47,096 nt of DNA from Myxococcota bacterium (GTDB lineage: Bacteria > Myxococcota_A > UBA796 > UBA2385). Positions 17,801-26,073 of this stretch are shown piece after piece. Numbering within the stretch: position 1 is the first letter of the stretch; the number at the start of each line of letters is the position of its first letter. The notes beneath the pieces were generated by a model that made no database searches, was not told where the DNA came from, and saw nothing but the letters and a program-made list of their open reading frames with translations. A program made the translations under genes and the position numbers. Location of the stretch: NCBI GenBank assembly GCA_044344255.1, contig JBIJDH010000041.1:1-47096 (forward strand). The letters are read 5' to 3'.

Positions 17801-18324
17801 TCGACGAGGATGGTGATGGTCACGGCCTCACCGCCTCCGTGAGCAGCGAAGCCCTGGACTGTGACGCGGTCGGCCTCTCCCTGCTCGACGATGACTGCGA
17901 TGACACGGTCGCCCTGGTCTACCCCGGGGCCGCCGAGGTCGTCGCCGACGGGGTCGATCAGGACTGCGACGGCGGGGACACCTGTTACGCCGACGCAGAC
18001 GGGGATGGGTACGGCAGCGACGCGACACAAGGCAGCGCAAACCTGTCCTGCGTCGAGGGCGGCGAGGCGAGCTCGAGCGCCGACTGTGACGACGCGAGCG
18101 TCTCCTCCTTCCCCGGCGCCGCCGAGACCTGCAACGAGGAAGACGACAACTGCGACGGCAACGTCGATGAGGGGCTGGACTGCGAGGCCGAGGCGGGCGG
18201 CGGCGACAAGGGAGGCTGTTCGACCGCAGGCACCCCGGGGCGGGCCCTCCCGGCGCTGGTCGGGCTCCTCCTGATCAGCCGGAGTCGTCGGCGCGGCGCC
18301 GGCTCGCCGCCGCGCGTGGGTTAG
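14833..18324 (+). CDS. Large surface protein: N-terminal beta domain, 7 FG-GAP repeats, 8 MopE-type Cys/Asp repeats, MYXO-CTERM-like tail
   Basis: AAGGAG RBS and ATG 14833 with signal peptide. Seven xD(V/F/W/T/I)(N/D)xDGYxD loops; eight DCDD...DCDG-type units; C-terminus GGCSTAG...ALVGLLLISRSRRR. Confidence 0.9.
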   Translation: MRRALSLPLVLLLGAASCASPRPSDSASAEPAPPSAFRPEGAGWSASVPALRMTGSFDRGGARFHDADGGELHLRALSWGRAGALRPLADVAPRCAPADCDGRIERVGAAATEWWRAHDGGFSQGFTLTSPPPGTGALLITLEAAAEIEVWPTADGADLVAEDGSQWRYAGLQAWDASGAPIAARMTASGGLLILSVDVGPDAAWPITVDPVVTTASSTLTGSSSAYLGQAVEGADVNNDGYSDLIVSAYRLSSRGVVYVYHGSASGIGLTPNTTLYPATSGYDGFFGWEVKAGDFNGDGYDDVVVSEPEYNNGTIYVFMGSSAGLYTTASVTMAGSSTGERRGYGLAVGDWNGDHYDDLVATNLYRSTYGGADVFHGSASGLSTTVVTTLNGGSGQYMGYSADSARDTDNDGYDDFVVSHYAAGSYYGKAWVYRGASTGISASRVTTITGPLYDTFFGRGSAGLGDVNGDGYDDIGVGATGLDVPYGDSGGVYIYYGSSTGVGTAPSATLYGRSYSDRFGWSLDGVGDTNGDGYDDVVIGAIQASEGVSAAGAAYVIPGSASGLSTADQDVVYAGSTAYENYGSEVAGVGDIDGDGFMDVGVGHPGRSAGVGSAYLYLGTDGTIDDDGDGYYLTGTGADCDDSDPAVHPGATEVCDGLDQDCDGSVDEGVLTTYYADLDSDGYGDPSATLEGCALPSGYAANGLDCDDGDTSVSPADAEIVADGIDQDCDGAERCYLDADHDGAGRLSTVVSADLSCTAAGEASAALDCDDDSSAVHPGAPEVVADGVDQDCDGGDLCYVDDDGDGHGATVTLSSPDLDCSSAGESNVGDDCDDSVPSTFAGAPEAVADGVDQDCDGEELCYVDADGDGDGAALTLESPNLTCDGAGESTTGTDCDDADALRWAGAEEVPLDGRDSDCDGLERCLADEDVDGFGAEVEALSAILTCDVTGVASVGGDCDDSDPAVSPAATEVEADGLDGDCDGFELCWIDEDGDGHGLTASVSSEALDCDAVGLSLLDDDCDDTVALVYPGAAEVVADGVDQDCDGGDTCYADADGDGYGSDATQGSANLSCVEGGEASSSADCDDASVSSFPGAAETCNEEDDNCDGNVDEGLDCEAEAGGGDKGGCSTAGTPGRALPALVGLLLISRSRRRGAGSPPRVG
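16708..18185 (+). repeat. Eight tandem ~60-aa MopE-type (putative metal-binding) coding repeats
   Basis: Recurring GACTG(C/T)GA(C/T)G... and GACGGGGT(G/C)GA(C/T)CAGGACTG... nucleotide units encoding DCDD..PGA.E..DG.DQDCDG. Confidence 0.85.
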
Positions 18325-18332
18325 GGCGGACC

Positions 18333-18662
18333 ATGTCCGACCCAGACCCCACCAAGCCCGTCGCGCCCCCGAGCCTGTGGGTGCGCAGCCGTGATCGCCT
18401 CGTCGCCCTGCAGCAGGAGTACGGCGGTGTGGCGATCGGCACCTACCTCGTCCTCTACGCCGCCGTCTGGGTCGGCTTCGTCATCGCGCTGCAGCGAGGG
18501 TGGTCCCCGGAGGGCGCCGCAGCTGAGACCGGCCTCTTCGTCGCTGCCTGGGCGGCCGCGAAGGTGACCCAGCCGGCGCGGATCCTGGCCACCGTCGCGC
18601 TCACCCCCCTCGTCGCGCGGGGCCTGAAGCGCGTGCGTGGGTCGCGGACCTCGGCCCGCTGA
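18333..18662 (+). CDS. DUF1279/FAM210-like small membrane protein
   Basis: EYGGVAIGTYLVL ... GLFVAAWAAAKVTQPARILATVALTPLVAR matches the recalled YG..A...Y / A.A..K...P.R...T..LTP pattern. Confidence 0.7.
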   Translation: MSDPDPTKPVAPPSLWVRSRDRLVALQQEYGGVAIGTYLVLYAAVWVGFVIALQRGWSPEGAAAETGLFVAAWAAAKVTQPARILATVALTPLVARGLKRVRGSRTSAR

Positions 18663-18731
18663 CACGAGGCTCCGCGAGGCCGCCCCGCGAGGCGGTAGAC
18701 TGCGCTGACCCTCCTGCCCCGGCGCCCCGCG

Positions 18732-19700
18732 ATGGCTGACCTCGAGCCCACCCCCGCCCAGCGGCCGACGCCTGCGGCGCCCGTGCGCCCTCCTCCCTTC
18801 GCGCTCCAGCCCGCCGCCGGCGGTCGGCCGGGGACCTTTAATTTCGAGCAGCGGGGCGGGCGCCGGCACGCGCTGAATGACCTCTATCACTCGATGCTGG
18901 TCATCCCGTGGAGCCGCTTTTTTGGGGTGCTCACCCTCGCCTACATCGTCGGAAACGCCATCTTCGGCGCCGGTTACCTCGCCTGCGGGGACTGCATCGG
19001 CGCCACGGATCCCACCTCATTCCTGCAGGCATTCTCCTTCTCCGTCCAGACCATGTCGTCGGTGGGCTACGGCGCGATGGCCCCCCGGACGCCGATGGCC
19101 TTCGTCCTGTCCGACATCGAGGCCTTCGTAGGGATGCTCGGGATGGCGGTCGCCACGGGCCTCCTCTTCTCCCGCTTCTCCAAGCCGTCGGCGAAGGTCA
19201 CCTTCTCGGATCGAGCGTTGGTCGTCACCCGAGACGGGGAGCGTTACCTCAGCTTCCGTTTGGCCAATGAGCGCGGGAACCGGATCGTCGAGGCGCGGAT
19301 CCAGGTGGTGCTGCTGTTCGACGAGGTGAGCGCCGAAGGCCAGCACCTCCGGCGCCTCGTCGACTTGACGCTCGAGCGATCTCAAAACCCGGTCTTCGCC
19401 ATGACCTGGACGGTGCTGCACCGCATCGACGAGCGCAGCCCCTTCCGGCACGTGAGCCCGGAGAACATCCAGGACCGAATGGTCAGCCTGCTGGTGTCCC
19501 TCACCGGGACCGATGACACGTTCAACCAGAGCGTCACTGCCCAACACTTCTACGTCCCTGCCGATGTTCGCTGGGGCGCCCGCTTCGGCGATATGCTCGG
19601 CACTGGCGAGTCCGGGAGGATGGTGGTGCACCTCGACCGCATCCACGACGTCATCCTCTCCGACGGCACCATGGACAGACCCAGCACGGAGAGACCGTGA
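18732..19700 (+). CDS. KirBac-type inward rectifier potassium channel
   Basis: DLYHSML.IPW, FSFSVQTMSSVGYG filter region, TGLLFSRFSKP, FRLANERGN, WTVLHRIDERSP, GTDDT. Confidence 0.93.
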   Translation: MADLEPTPAQRPTPAAPVRPPPFALQPAAGGRPGTFNFEQRGGRRHALNDLYHSMLVIPWSRFFGVLTLAYIVGNAIFGAGYLACGDCIGATDPTSFLQAFSFSVQTMSSVGYGAMAPRTPMAFVLSDIEAFVGMLGMAVATGLLFSRFSKPSAKVTFSDRALVVTRDGERYLSFRLANERGNRIVEARIQVVLLFDEVSAEGQHLRRLVDLTLERSQNPVFAMTWTVLHRIDERSPFRHVSPENIQDRMVSLLVSLTGTDDTFNQSVTAQHFYVPADVRWGARFGDMLGTGESGRMVVHLDRIHDVILSDGTMDRPSTERP

Positions 19701-20503
19701 GCAGAACCCGACGACCGCGCCTCTTGGTCGCCACCCTCTGGCTCCTCGCCTGTGCGGGCGGTGGCTCCTCCGAGAAGCAGTACCTGACGCCGTTGGAGGA
19801 CAGCGGCGCCGCGGGCCTGGGCGAGCCCATCCCTGGCGGAGAGCTCACGCTCGTGGGCCAGCTCGTGGAGTGGCCGGGCGGGGCTCCCCTGGCCTCGCCC
19901 CTCTGCGTCTCCGTTCACGACGCCGCCGAGCCCTCGGGGGGCATCGCCGTCGGGCCCATCGACGCGACGGTGGCCGACCTCGACGGCACCTTCCGCCTCG
20001 GCCCCCTCAACCCCGGCTCGAGCGTCGGCCTCGTGCTGAAGGTCGAGGTGTGCGCCGGAGACCTCGCCTTCGTCCCCACCCTGACCCCGGTGTCGCTCGA
20101 GCCGCTGACCCGGCTGCCCGCAGGCGCGGAGGCCCCCGCCCTCGCGGCTTGGGCGATCCCCGCGAGCGCGGCGTCGGAGTGGGCGGTTGGCCTCGCCGAC
20201 GCCGGCTACCCCGCTGATCTGCTGAGCCAAGGCGGCCTCGTCGGGCACCTGCGCTCCGAGGGCGGCGAGCCCTTGGACAGCGCCTGGGTGCCCGTCCCCG
20301 AGGGTGCAGTCCCCTGGTACGACCACGGCGACGCGGGCTGGGAGGCCTACACGCACACCACCGTAGAGGGCGACGGGCTCTACCTCGTGCCCACGGCCCC
20401 CTTCGGGACCTACCTCGCGCGAGCGAGCGGCCTCGACTTCCTGCCCTTCCTCGGCGGGGGTTGGGCGGGGGCCTTCGAGGTCGTCGACTGGACCTCCCTC
20501 TGA
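19697..20503 (+). CDS. Hypothetical lipoprotein with carboxypeptidase-regulatory-like beta domains
   Basis: GTG overlaps the channel stop. Lipobox LLA|C; T..DG.F/Y motifs typical of such beta sandwiches. Confidence 0.65.
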   Translation: MSRTRRPRLLVATLWLLACAGGGSSEKQYLTPLEDSGAAGLGEPIPGGELTLVGQLVEWPGGAPLASPLCVSVHDAAEPSGGIAVGPIDATVADLDGTFRLGPLNPGSSVGLVLKVEVCAGDLAFVPTLTPVSLEPLTRLPAGAEAPALAAWAIPASAASEWAVGLADAGYPADLLSQGGLVGHLRSEGGEPLDSAWVPVPEGAVPWYDHGDAGWEAYTHTTVEGDGLYLVPTAPFGTYLARASGLDFLPFLGGGWAGAFEVVDWTSL

Positions 20504-20521
20504 GGAGGCCGAGACCGGCCT

Positions 20522-22234
20522 TCAGGTCCAGGCGTCGAGGCTGAGATCGGGGAAGACAGGGTCGGACAGCTCGGCCTCTGCCAGCCGCGCCCGCAGCACG
20601 GGATCGGCGCTCCGCCCCTCGAGCACGTCCTGCGTGAGGTTGCAGAGGGAGTCGAAGCGGTCGAGGTGGACACAGAAGCGGCGGAAGCCGTAGTCCACCG
20701 CCCCTCCCGTTCGAATCACGAATTGCCAGTCCGACGCCTGGAGGAGCAGGAGCTCGCGCGCGGCGGTGAGCAGGAGCTTTCGGCTCCGGGCGTGGCCGCG
20801 CTGCTGGACCTGCCAGACGAGGCCGAGGAAGCGGTCCTCACAGCGATAGGCCGCCTCCCACATCCAGCTCGTCTGTTCATTCAACCAGACACGATGATCG
20901 CCGCCGGCGCCCCAGCTCCCCTCCGGCAGCCAGGCCACCTTGTCGGGCGGATGGCTGCGGAGGCGCGCCTCGGCGGTCTGTCCGGCGACGCTCGGGTCGC
21001 CGTGGAGCTGGAGCAGGACCTCGCGGAGGAAGCGAGGGCCCTCGAACCACCAATGACCGAAGAGCTCGGCGTCAAACGCCGCGGTTACACAGCCCTCTCG
21101 GCCGGTGGCGGCCGAATGCCCCTGCAGGCGGTCGCGCACCACGGAGACGAAGTGATGGGCATGGGCCGCGACGACGGCCTGCACGGCGGCGGGCTCATAG
21201 GGGCGCTTGTCTCCGAGGCCGGCCTTTCGGTCGGTCACCCTCCAGTAGCGGAGGCCGTCGCCGTCCTTTCGCTTGTGGAATTCCAGGTAGCTGCCCTCTC
21301 CCGGGTACCCGCCATCGGCCGACCAGACCTGCTCGCTCACGTCAGGGTGACGCGCGAAGGCGGTGATGGTGGCCGGGCCGCCGTGGGTGCCCACCCGGTG
21401 GGGCTCGAGCACGCTGCGCCAGCCTCGGCGGGGATCCCGATCGGCCTCCCCCCAATCGACCTTGTGGAAGCCGTCTGCCAGGGAGAGGCCCTCGCTTCGG
21501 GCTCCTTGGACCAGATGGGCGTCGACGAAGAAGTGGGTGACCCCCTCCTCCTCCAAGATCCGATCGACGCCGGCGCGCAGCCTCTCTTCGCCCTCGAGGA
21601 CAGGCATCTTCCAGGGCGCAGTGGGACGAAAGGAGCACTCGGGCAGCCAGATCCCCTTCGGCCGATAGCCGAGGTGGCGCTCCGAGCTGTCGAGGCCGGC
21701 GCGGAGCTGGGCGCGGATACAGCGATCGTGCTTGAGCAGGGCCGCATATCCGTGGGTGGCGAAGCTCGAGAGGAGCTCGATCTCGCCAGCCCGACCGTGA
21801 TCACCAAAGGCGCCGGGGATGTCTCCTCGGATGTGGTCCCACAGCCCGCGGAGGCGGTCGAAGTGGCCCTCCCAATAGCGGGCGACGGGAGCGAGCTCTG
21901 GGTTGGACTGATCATCGCGGGCGCGACGGAGCCGATCGTCGAGGAAGGTACGAAAGGCCTGCTGGAAAGCCGGGCTGCGGAGCTGCTCCAGCAGGATTGG
22001 CGTCAGGCCGAGGGTGATCGGGGTCTTCACGCCCGAAGAGCGCAGCTCCCGAATGACCTGCAACAGGGGGAGATAGACCTCGAGGGCGGCCTCGAGCAGC
22101 CAGTTCTCCCCGTGGGGCCAACGACCATGGTGCATGACCCAGGGGATGTGGCCGTGGAGCACGATCGCGAGGCTGCCGACCGGCCGGCGGTGGCCCATTC
22201 GATTCGAGCCTGTCGAGGTTCCCTCGTCCGTCAT
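20522..22234 (-). CDS. GH57 1,4-alpha-glucan branching enzyme
   Basis: HGHIP, TPILLEQL, THG, WLPEC (nucleophile), YLEFHK, AFDAELFGHWWFEG (acid/base), SWGAGG, ARELLLLQASDW. Confidence 0.93.
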   Translation of the reverse strand: MTDEGTSTGSNRMGHRRPVGSLAIVLHGHIPWVMHHGRWPHGENWLLEAALEVYLPLLQVIRELRSSGVKTPITLGLTPILLEQLRSPAFQQAFRTFLDDRLRRARDDQSNPELAPVARYWEGHFDRLRGLWDHIRGDIPGAFGDHGRAGEIELLSSFATHGYAALLKHDRCIRAQLRAGLDSSERHLGYRPKGIWLPECSFRPTAPWKMPVLEGEERLRAGVDRILEEEGVTHFFVDAHLVQGARSEGLSLADGFHKVDWGEADRDPRRGWRSVLEPHRVGTHGGPATITAFARHPDVSEQVWSADGGYPGEGSYLEFHKRKDGDGLRYWRVTDRKAGLGDKRPYEPAAVQAVVAAHAHHFVSVVRDRLQGHSAATGREGCVTAAFDAELFGHWWFEGPRFLREVLLQLHGDPSVAGQTAEARLRSHPPDKVAWLPEGSWGAGGDHRVWLNEQTSWMWEAAYRCEDRFLGLVWQVQQRGHARSRKLLLTAARELLLLQASDWQFVIRTGGAVDYGFRRFCVHLDRFDSLCNLTQDVLEGRSADPVLRARLAEAELSDPVFPDLSLDAWT

Positions 22235-24504
22235 CGCAGCACCACCCGCAGCGCGATGTCAATCTTCCTACGCTCTTCTCCCCACAGCTCGAGGCTCCAG
22301 ACGGGCATGAGACAAGAGCCCTGGAAGGCGCTCACGAAGCCCACCTCGGAGCGGTGCGGGACGAAGATCGGGTAGTGAAACAAGGTCGGCTCTCCCGAGA
22401 AGCGCATGCGGACCTGTACCCCGATGTCCGGCATCGCGAGGGCGGCGTCGCTGACCCCCTCCCAGCAGCCCGCGCGGTCGAGCGGCACCAAGGGGAAGCG
22501 CGGGATGATCAGCCCCCGCTCGGCGCTCAGCAAGGAGTCCAGGTTGAGGTTCAGCTCCACACCGAAGCGGGCGCGGATGGGATCCATCGAGCGATTGACC
22601 AGCTCGTAGGAGACGTGGATCAGCGGATCACCTTTGTGGATCCGGAAGTTCTTGACAATCTGCAGCAGGCCATCTCGATTGCCCTGCCGGACGGTGCCCT
22701 CTCGCGACAGGGAGACCCGCAGCTCTCCGTCGTCGGCGCGCTCGGCGCGGTCCACACGATAGCGCCCGTCCGCGAAGTCGCCGATCTCGGGGTGCTGGCC
22801 CCGGCTGAGGTTCTGCAGGGTGGTCTCTGGCCCCAGGAAGCGCTCCACGAAGAGCGCGCGGGACTGCCGGTCGGTCCAGCGGTGATCGCCCGCGCCTTCC
22901 TCGACCACCTCCAGCGGCGGCCGCACGGGCAAGGGCTCTCGGATCCGACCGTCGGTCCGGGTGAAGGAGCCGCTGAGCACAGAGTCCGGGTCTTCGTTGG
23001 CCTGGAGCCTGCGGGGCTTCTCCCCGGAGTCGGTCGGCTCGTCCTCCACGAGCTCGTCGGGCACCAGGACCGGGAGGTCTTCCAGCTCGGGCAGCTCGCC
23101 GTACCAGACGGCCGCGCGGCGCCGCAGCGTGTTGACCAGGTTCCCGACGCCCCAGGGGCACCACTCGGCCACCGTCCCGCCCTGCGCGGGGCGGATCACC
23201 AACGCCCCAGCGGCGGTGGCGCCGAGTAGCTCGGGCTGGCCGTCGCAGTCGTAATCGACCTGCTCGATCGAGGCCTCACTGCCGCGCAGCTCCCAAGCGA
23301 GCTCCAGCGCCGCGAGGATGAGCTTCCAGCTCTTGTGGCGCTGCTCGCCGTCTCGGAGGTAGCCTCCCGCGGCGTCGTGAAGGCAAGCCGCGCCTTGGGC
23401 GCCCGTGAGCTGGAGGAGGACGTCGTCCACGCGCTCGAGCGAGGCTCGGTCCGCGCGGCGTTGGGCCTCGCGGCGCGGCGCCGCTAGTCCGGAGGCGGCC
23501 CGGAGCGCCGCCTTGTGCAGCCGGTTGGCGTCGTCGCTCGCGCTCAGGAAGGCCTCCCAGGGCGGGCCGTTCACCGGCGATGTCAGCGGCTCGTCGAGGG
23601 CCACCCGGGCGGCGTCGAGCAGGTGCCGAGCCTCCTCGACCGGCAGGGCCAGCGCGCCCACCCGCGGCGGAGTGCCGCTCACCGGGTACACCCGGGGTCC
23701 TGCGGGTAGGCGGTCGAAGGCCTGGCAGGGCACGGCCGACTTCAGCCAGGCTCCCTGCCGTTGGAACAACCGAAAGAACCCATAGGTCCACGGCTTGTCA
23801 CCCGCCCAGCACCACCGCCAGCTCTGATCGTCGAGGCCGAGATCGTGGAGGGAGAGGTCGACGGTGAGGGTGACGGTGCCCGACCGCGCGCGGTGGTTCA
23901 GATCCTGGGCCAGCGAGTGGGTCGTCGCCCACGGCATCATCTCGCGCACCCGTCGGTCGAGCGGGAAGACGCCGACCGCCGCCCCCGCCTGCTCCGTCAC
24001 CAGCCAGCCGTTGAGGGCGTCCAGGGGGAGCCCGCCCGCCCGTATGAGGCCGGAGTCTGCGAAGGTGTAGGAGAGCCCCGCCCGCGCGACCACCAGAGGG
24101 ATCGCCGAGCACCAAGCGCCATGGGTGAACCAGGCCCCGCGGATGGGCAGGGCCGTGCGCTCCCGCAGCCAGGTGACATGTCGACTGAGCTGGGCCACGG
24201 CCTCCCGCTCGGGCAGGATCGAGACGGGGGCGCCGCTCCAGGTGCCGGCGAGGAGCTCGACCTGCCCCCGTTGCCCGAGCGCCACCAGCGCCGCGAACAG
24301 CTCCGGCTCCTCTCCGCTCAAGTGCTCGCAGAGCGCGCCGCTGGGGTGGAGCGCCATACGGACAGTAGGATTGTCCTGGAACAGCTCGATCAGGGGCCGA
24401 AGCACCCGGCTCACCAGACGCCGGGCCAGCTCCGGCGGCGGAGAGGGTGGCAGCGCATCGGAGAGGATGGGGAGGAGCGTGAGGACGCGCATGGGCGGTG
24501 GCAC
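22231..24504 (-). CDS. GH57 4-alpha-glucanotransferase-like protein with degenerate catalytic motifs
   Basis: LHPSGAL, GQVELL.G, YPVSG, GPPWEAFL...ANRLHK, and a C-terminal DUF1926-like region (DYDCDGQPE, NTLRRR, EIGDFADG.Y, FGVELNL, FQGSC). Catalytic motifs are altered. Alternative ATG at 24492. Confidence 0.85.
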   Translation of the reverse strand: MPPPMRVLTLLPILSDALPPSPPPELARRLVSRVLRPLIELFQDNPTVRMALHPSGALCEHLSGEEPELFAALVALGQRGQVELLAGTWSGAPVSILPEREAVAQLSRHVTWLRERTALPIRGAWFTHGAWCSAIPLVVARAGLSYTFADSGLIRAGGLPLDALNGWLVTEQAGAAVGVFPLDRRVREMMPWATTHSLAQDLNHRARSGTVTLTVDLSLHDLGLDDQSWRWCWAGDKPWTYGFFRLFQRQGAWLKSAVPCQAFDRLPAGPRVYPVSGTPPRVGALALPVEEARHLLDAARVALDEPLTSPVNGPPWEAFLSASDDANRLHKAALRAASGLAAPRREAQRRADRASLERVDDVLLQLTGAQGAACLHDAAGGYLRDGEQRHKSWKLILAALELAWELRGSEASIEQVDYDCDGQPELLGATAAGALVIRPAQGGTVAEWCPWGVGNLVNTLRRRAAVWYGELPELEDLPVLVPDELVEDEPTDSGEKPRRLQANEDPDSVLSGSFTRTDGRIREPLPVRPPLEVVEEGAGDHRWTDRQSRALFVERFLGPETTLQNLSRGQHPEIGDFADGRYRVDRAERADDGELRVSLSREGTVRQGNRDGLLQIVKNFRIHKGDPLIHVSYELVNRSMDPIRARFGVELNLNLDSLLSAERGLIIPRFPLVPLDRAGCWEGVSDAALAMPDIGVQVRMRFSGEPTLFHYPIFVPHRSEVGFVSAFQGSCLMPVWSLELWGEERRKIDIALRVVLR

Positions 24505-24549
24505 TCAGCGAAGATCGAGGGATAACCGGCGCCGGGAGAGCGTAGGCCC

Positions 24550-26010
24550 TCAGGTGCCCACCGGGCGGGAGAGATGCTCCGGCGGTGTAGAACCGATCGC
24601 GCGCCACCCCGCGGCGAGGTGAGCGCGGAAGAGCCCATCGAAGAGATCGTGCATGTCGGAGTGATGCTCCGGCCCGAACCACCAGAACCAGTCGCTCCCT
24701 TCCGCAGAGCGGATCATCGGCCAGGCACCCTCAGGGCGCCCAGCCGCCTCCCACGCCCGCCGTAGCTCGGCGAGCAGCTTCCAACCGGCGCGATCGGCCT
24801 CGGAGCCGGCCCAGATCGCAAAATTTGCGTTGATCCACGATCCGGAGTGGAGCGCGACAATCCGGCCCTCGGGCATCTCCGGCAGCGCCTCGTCGAGAGA
24901 GAGGGTGCGACCGGACTGGAAGAGGGCCGTGAGGAAGGCGCCGCCCGCGTCGGGGTAAGACTCCCAGGGGTTCTCCCCATCGAGGATCAAGGGGAGGATC
25001 CCCTCCGTGCCCGCGCTCTCGAGGAGGTCGCGCGCCGCCGCCTCCCCCTCCCAGCCGGCATACTCGAAGCCGATGCGGTCCGAGAGGACCCGATCGCGGA
25101 AGAGGAGGTGCAGATCGGTGCCTGCTACCCGCCACTTCCGGCGGGTGTCCGGCGGTCCATTCCGACGGCTCGCCTGAAGCACCCCTTGATCCGTGGCCAG
25201 CCAGCGCAAGCCACAGGCGGAGGCGATGCGGGCGACCTCCGGGCTCACCGAGCCCTCGGATGGCCACATCCCCGTGGGGCGCCGCCCGAAGAGCTGCTCG
25301 ACCCGATCCTGGGCTTCGACGATCTGCCGCCGGGCGTCGTCGCTGTGCTGAAAGTCAACCTCGTCGGGGATCTCGGGCATGGCGCGCTGCGCGTGCCGAA
25401 AGTCCACCAACAACGGGAGGATTGGATGAGTGTACGGCGAGGTGGCGATCCCGGCTTGACGAGCCCAGAGCGGCAACACCCCGGCCACCAGCCGCCGCTG
25501 CTCCGCCATGAGCTCGACGAGCTCCGCGTGAGAGAAGCCACGGTCTCTCTCAATCAGCGCGGCCACGCTCGGGATCCTTCGACCCACCACCCCCATCCAC
25601 GCGAGGTTGCTCCACACCTGCAGGTCTCGAATGTCATCGGGTCGATGCAGCTCGGCGATCCCGCGCTCCAGCTCGCGATATCGCGGCGAGACCGCCCGCA
25701 TCGCGGGGTGACCGTGCACGAAGCGGCGCCGGAGAAAGTCAAGCTCCGTCGGCCCGAAATGCTCGGCAGGTAAGAGCGAGAGCTCCTCCCAACGGTCCGA
25801 GCCCCCTGCGGCGTAGTACTCCAGCTGATCGAGCAGCGAGGGCACCACGTTCATCGTGAAGCGCGCCCCCGCCGCCTCGGCCAGGGCCGGCACATCGGTG
25901 TAGCCCCGGCTGGCGTGGAGGCGGACCCACGGCATCGCCGGGCGCCCCGTCTCGGGGTCGCGGTAGTCTGGCTGGTGCATGTGGAGGAGGAGGGCGACGC
26001 GCGCGGTCAT
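24550..26010 (-). CDS. GH57 amylopullulanase-like glycoside hydrolase (compact)
   Basis: HMHQP, MPWVRLH, HPILPLL, GMWPSEG (nucleophile), LSDRIGFEY, LDGENPWE (acid/base), GSWI, AEGSDWFWW. Confidence 0.93.
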   Translation of the reverse strand: MTARVALLLHMHQPDYRDPETGRPAMPWVRLHASRGYTDVPALAEAAGARFTMNVVPSLLDQLEYYAAGGSDRWEELSLLPAEHFGPTELDFLRRRFVHGHPAMRAVSPRYRELERGIAELHRPDDIRDLQVWSNLAWMGVVGRRIPSVAALIERDRGFSHAELVELMAEQRRLVAGVLPLWARQAGIATSPYTHPILPLLVDFRHAQRAMPEIPDEVDFQHSDDARRQIVEAQDRVEQLFGRRPTGMWPSEGSVSPEVARIASACGLRWLATDQGVLQASRRNGPPDTRRKWRVAGTDLHLLFRDRVLSDRIGFEYAGWEGEAAARDLLESAGTEGILPLILDGENPWESYPDAGGAFLTALFQSGRTLSLDEALPEMPEGRIVALHSGSWINANFAIWAGSEADRAGWKLLAELRRAWEAAGRPEGAWPMIRSAEGSDWFWWFGPEHHSDMHDLFDGLFRAHLAAGWRAIGSTPPEHLSRPVGT

Positions 26011-26073
26011 GGGCGCGTTCTACCACTCGGCGCACCCCATCCGGCTTGTCTGCACCCTCCTGGTCGCATAACC

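Noticed and set aside
16708..18185. CRISPR-like or non-coding periodic repeats
   Set aside because: These are degenerate in-frame protein repeats.
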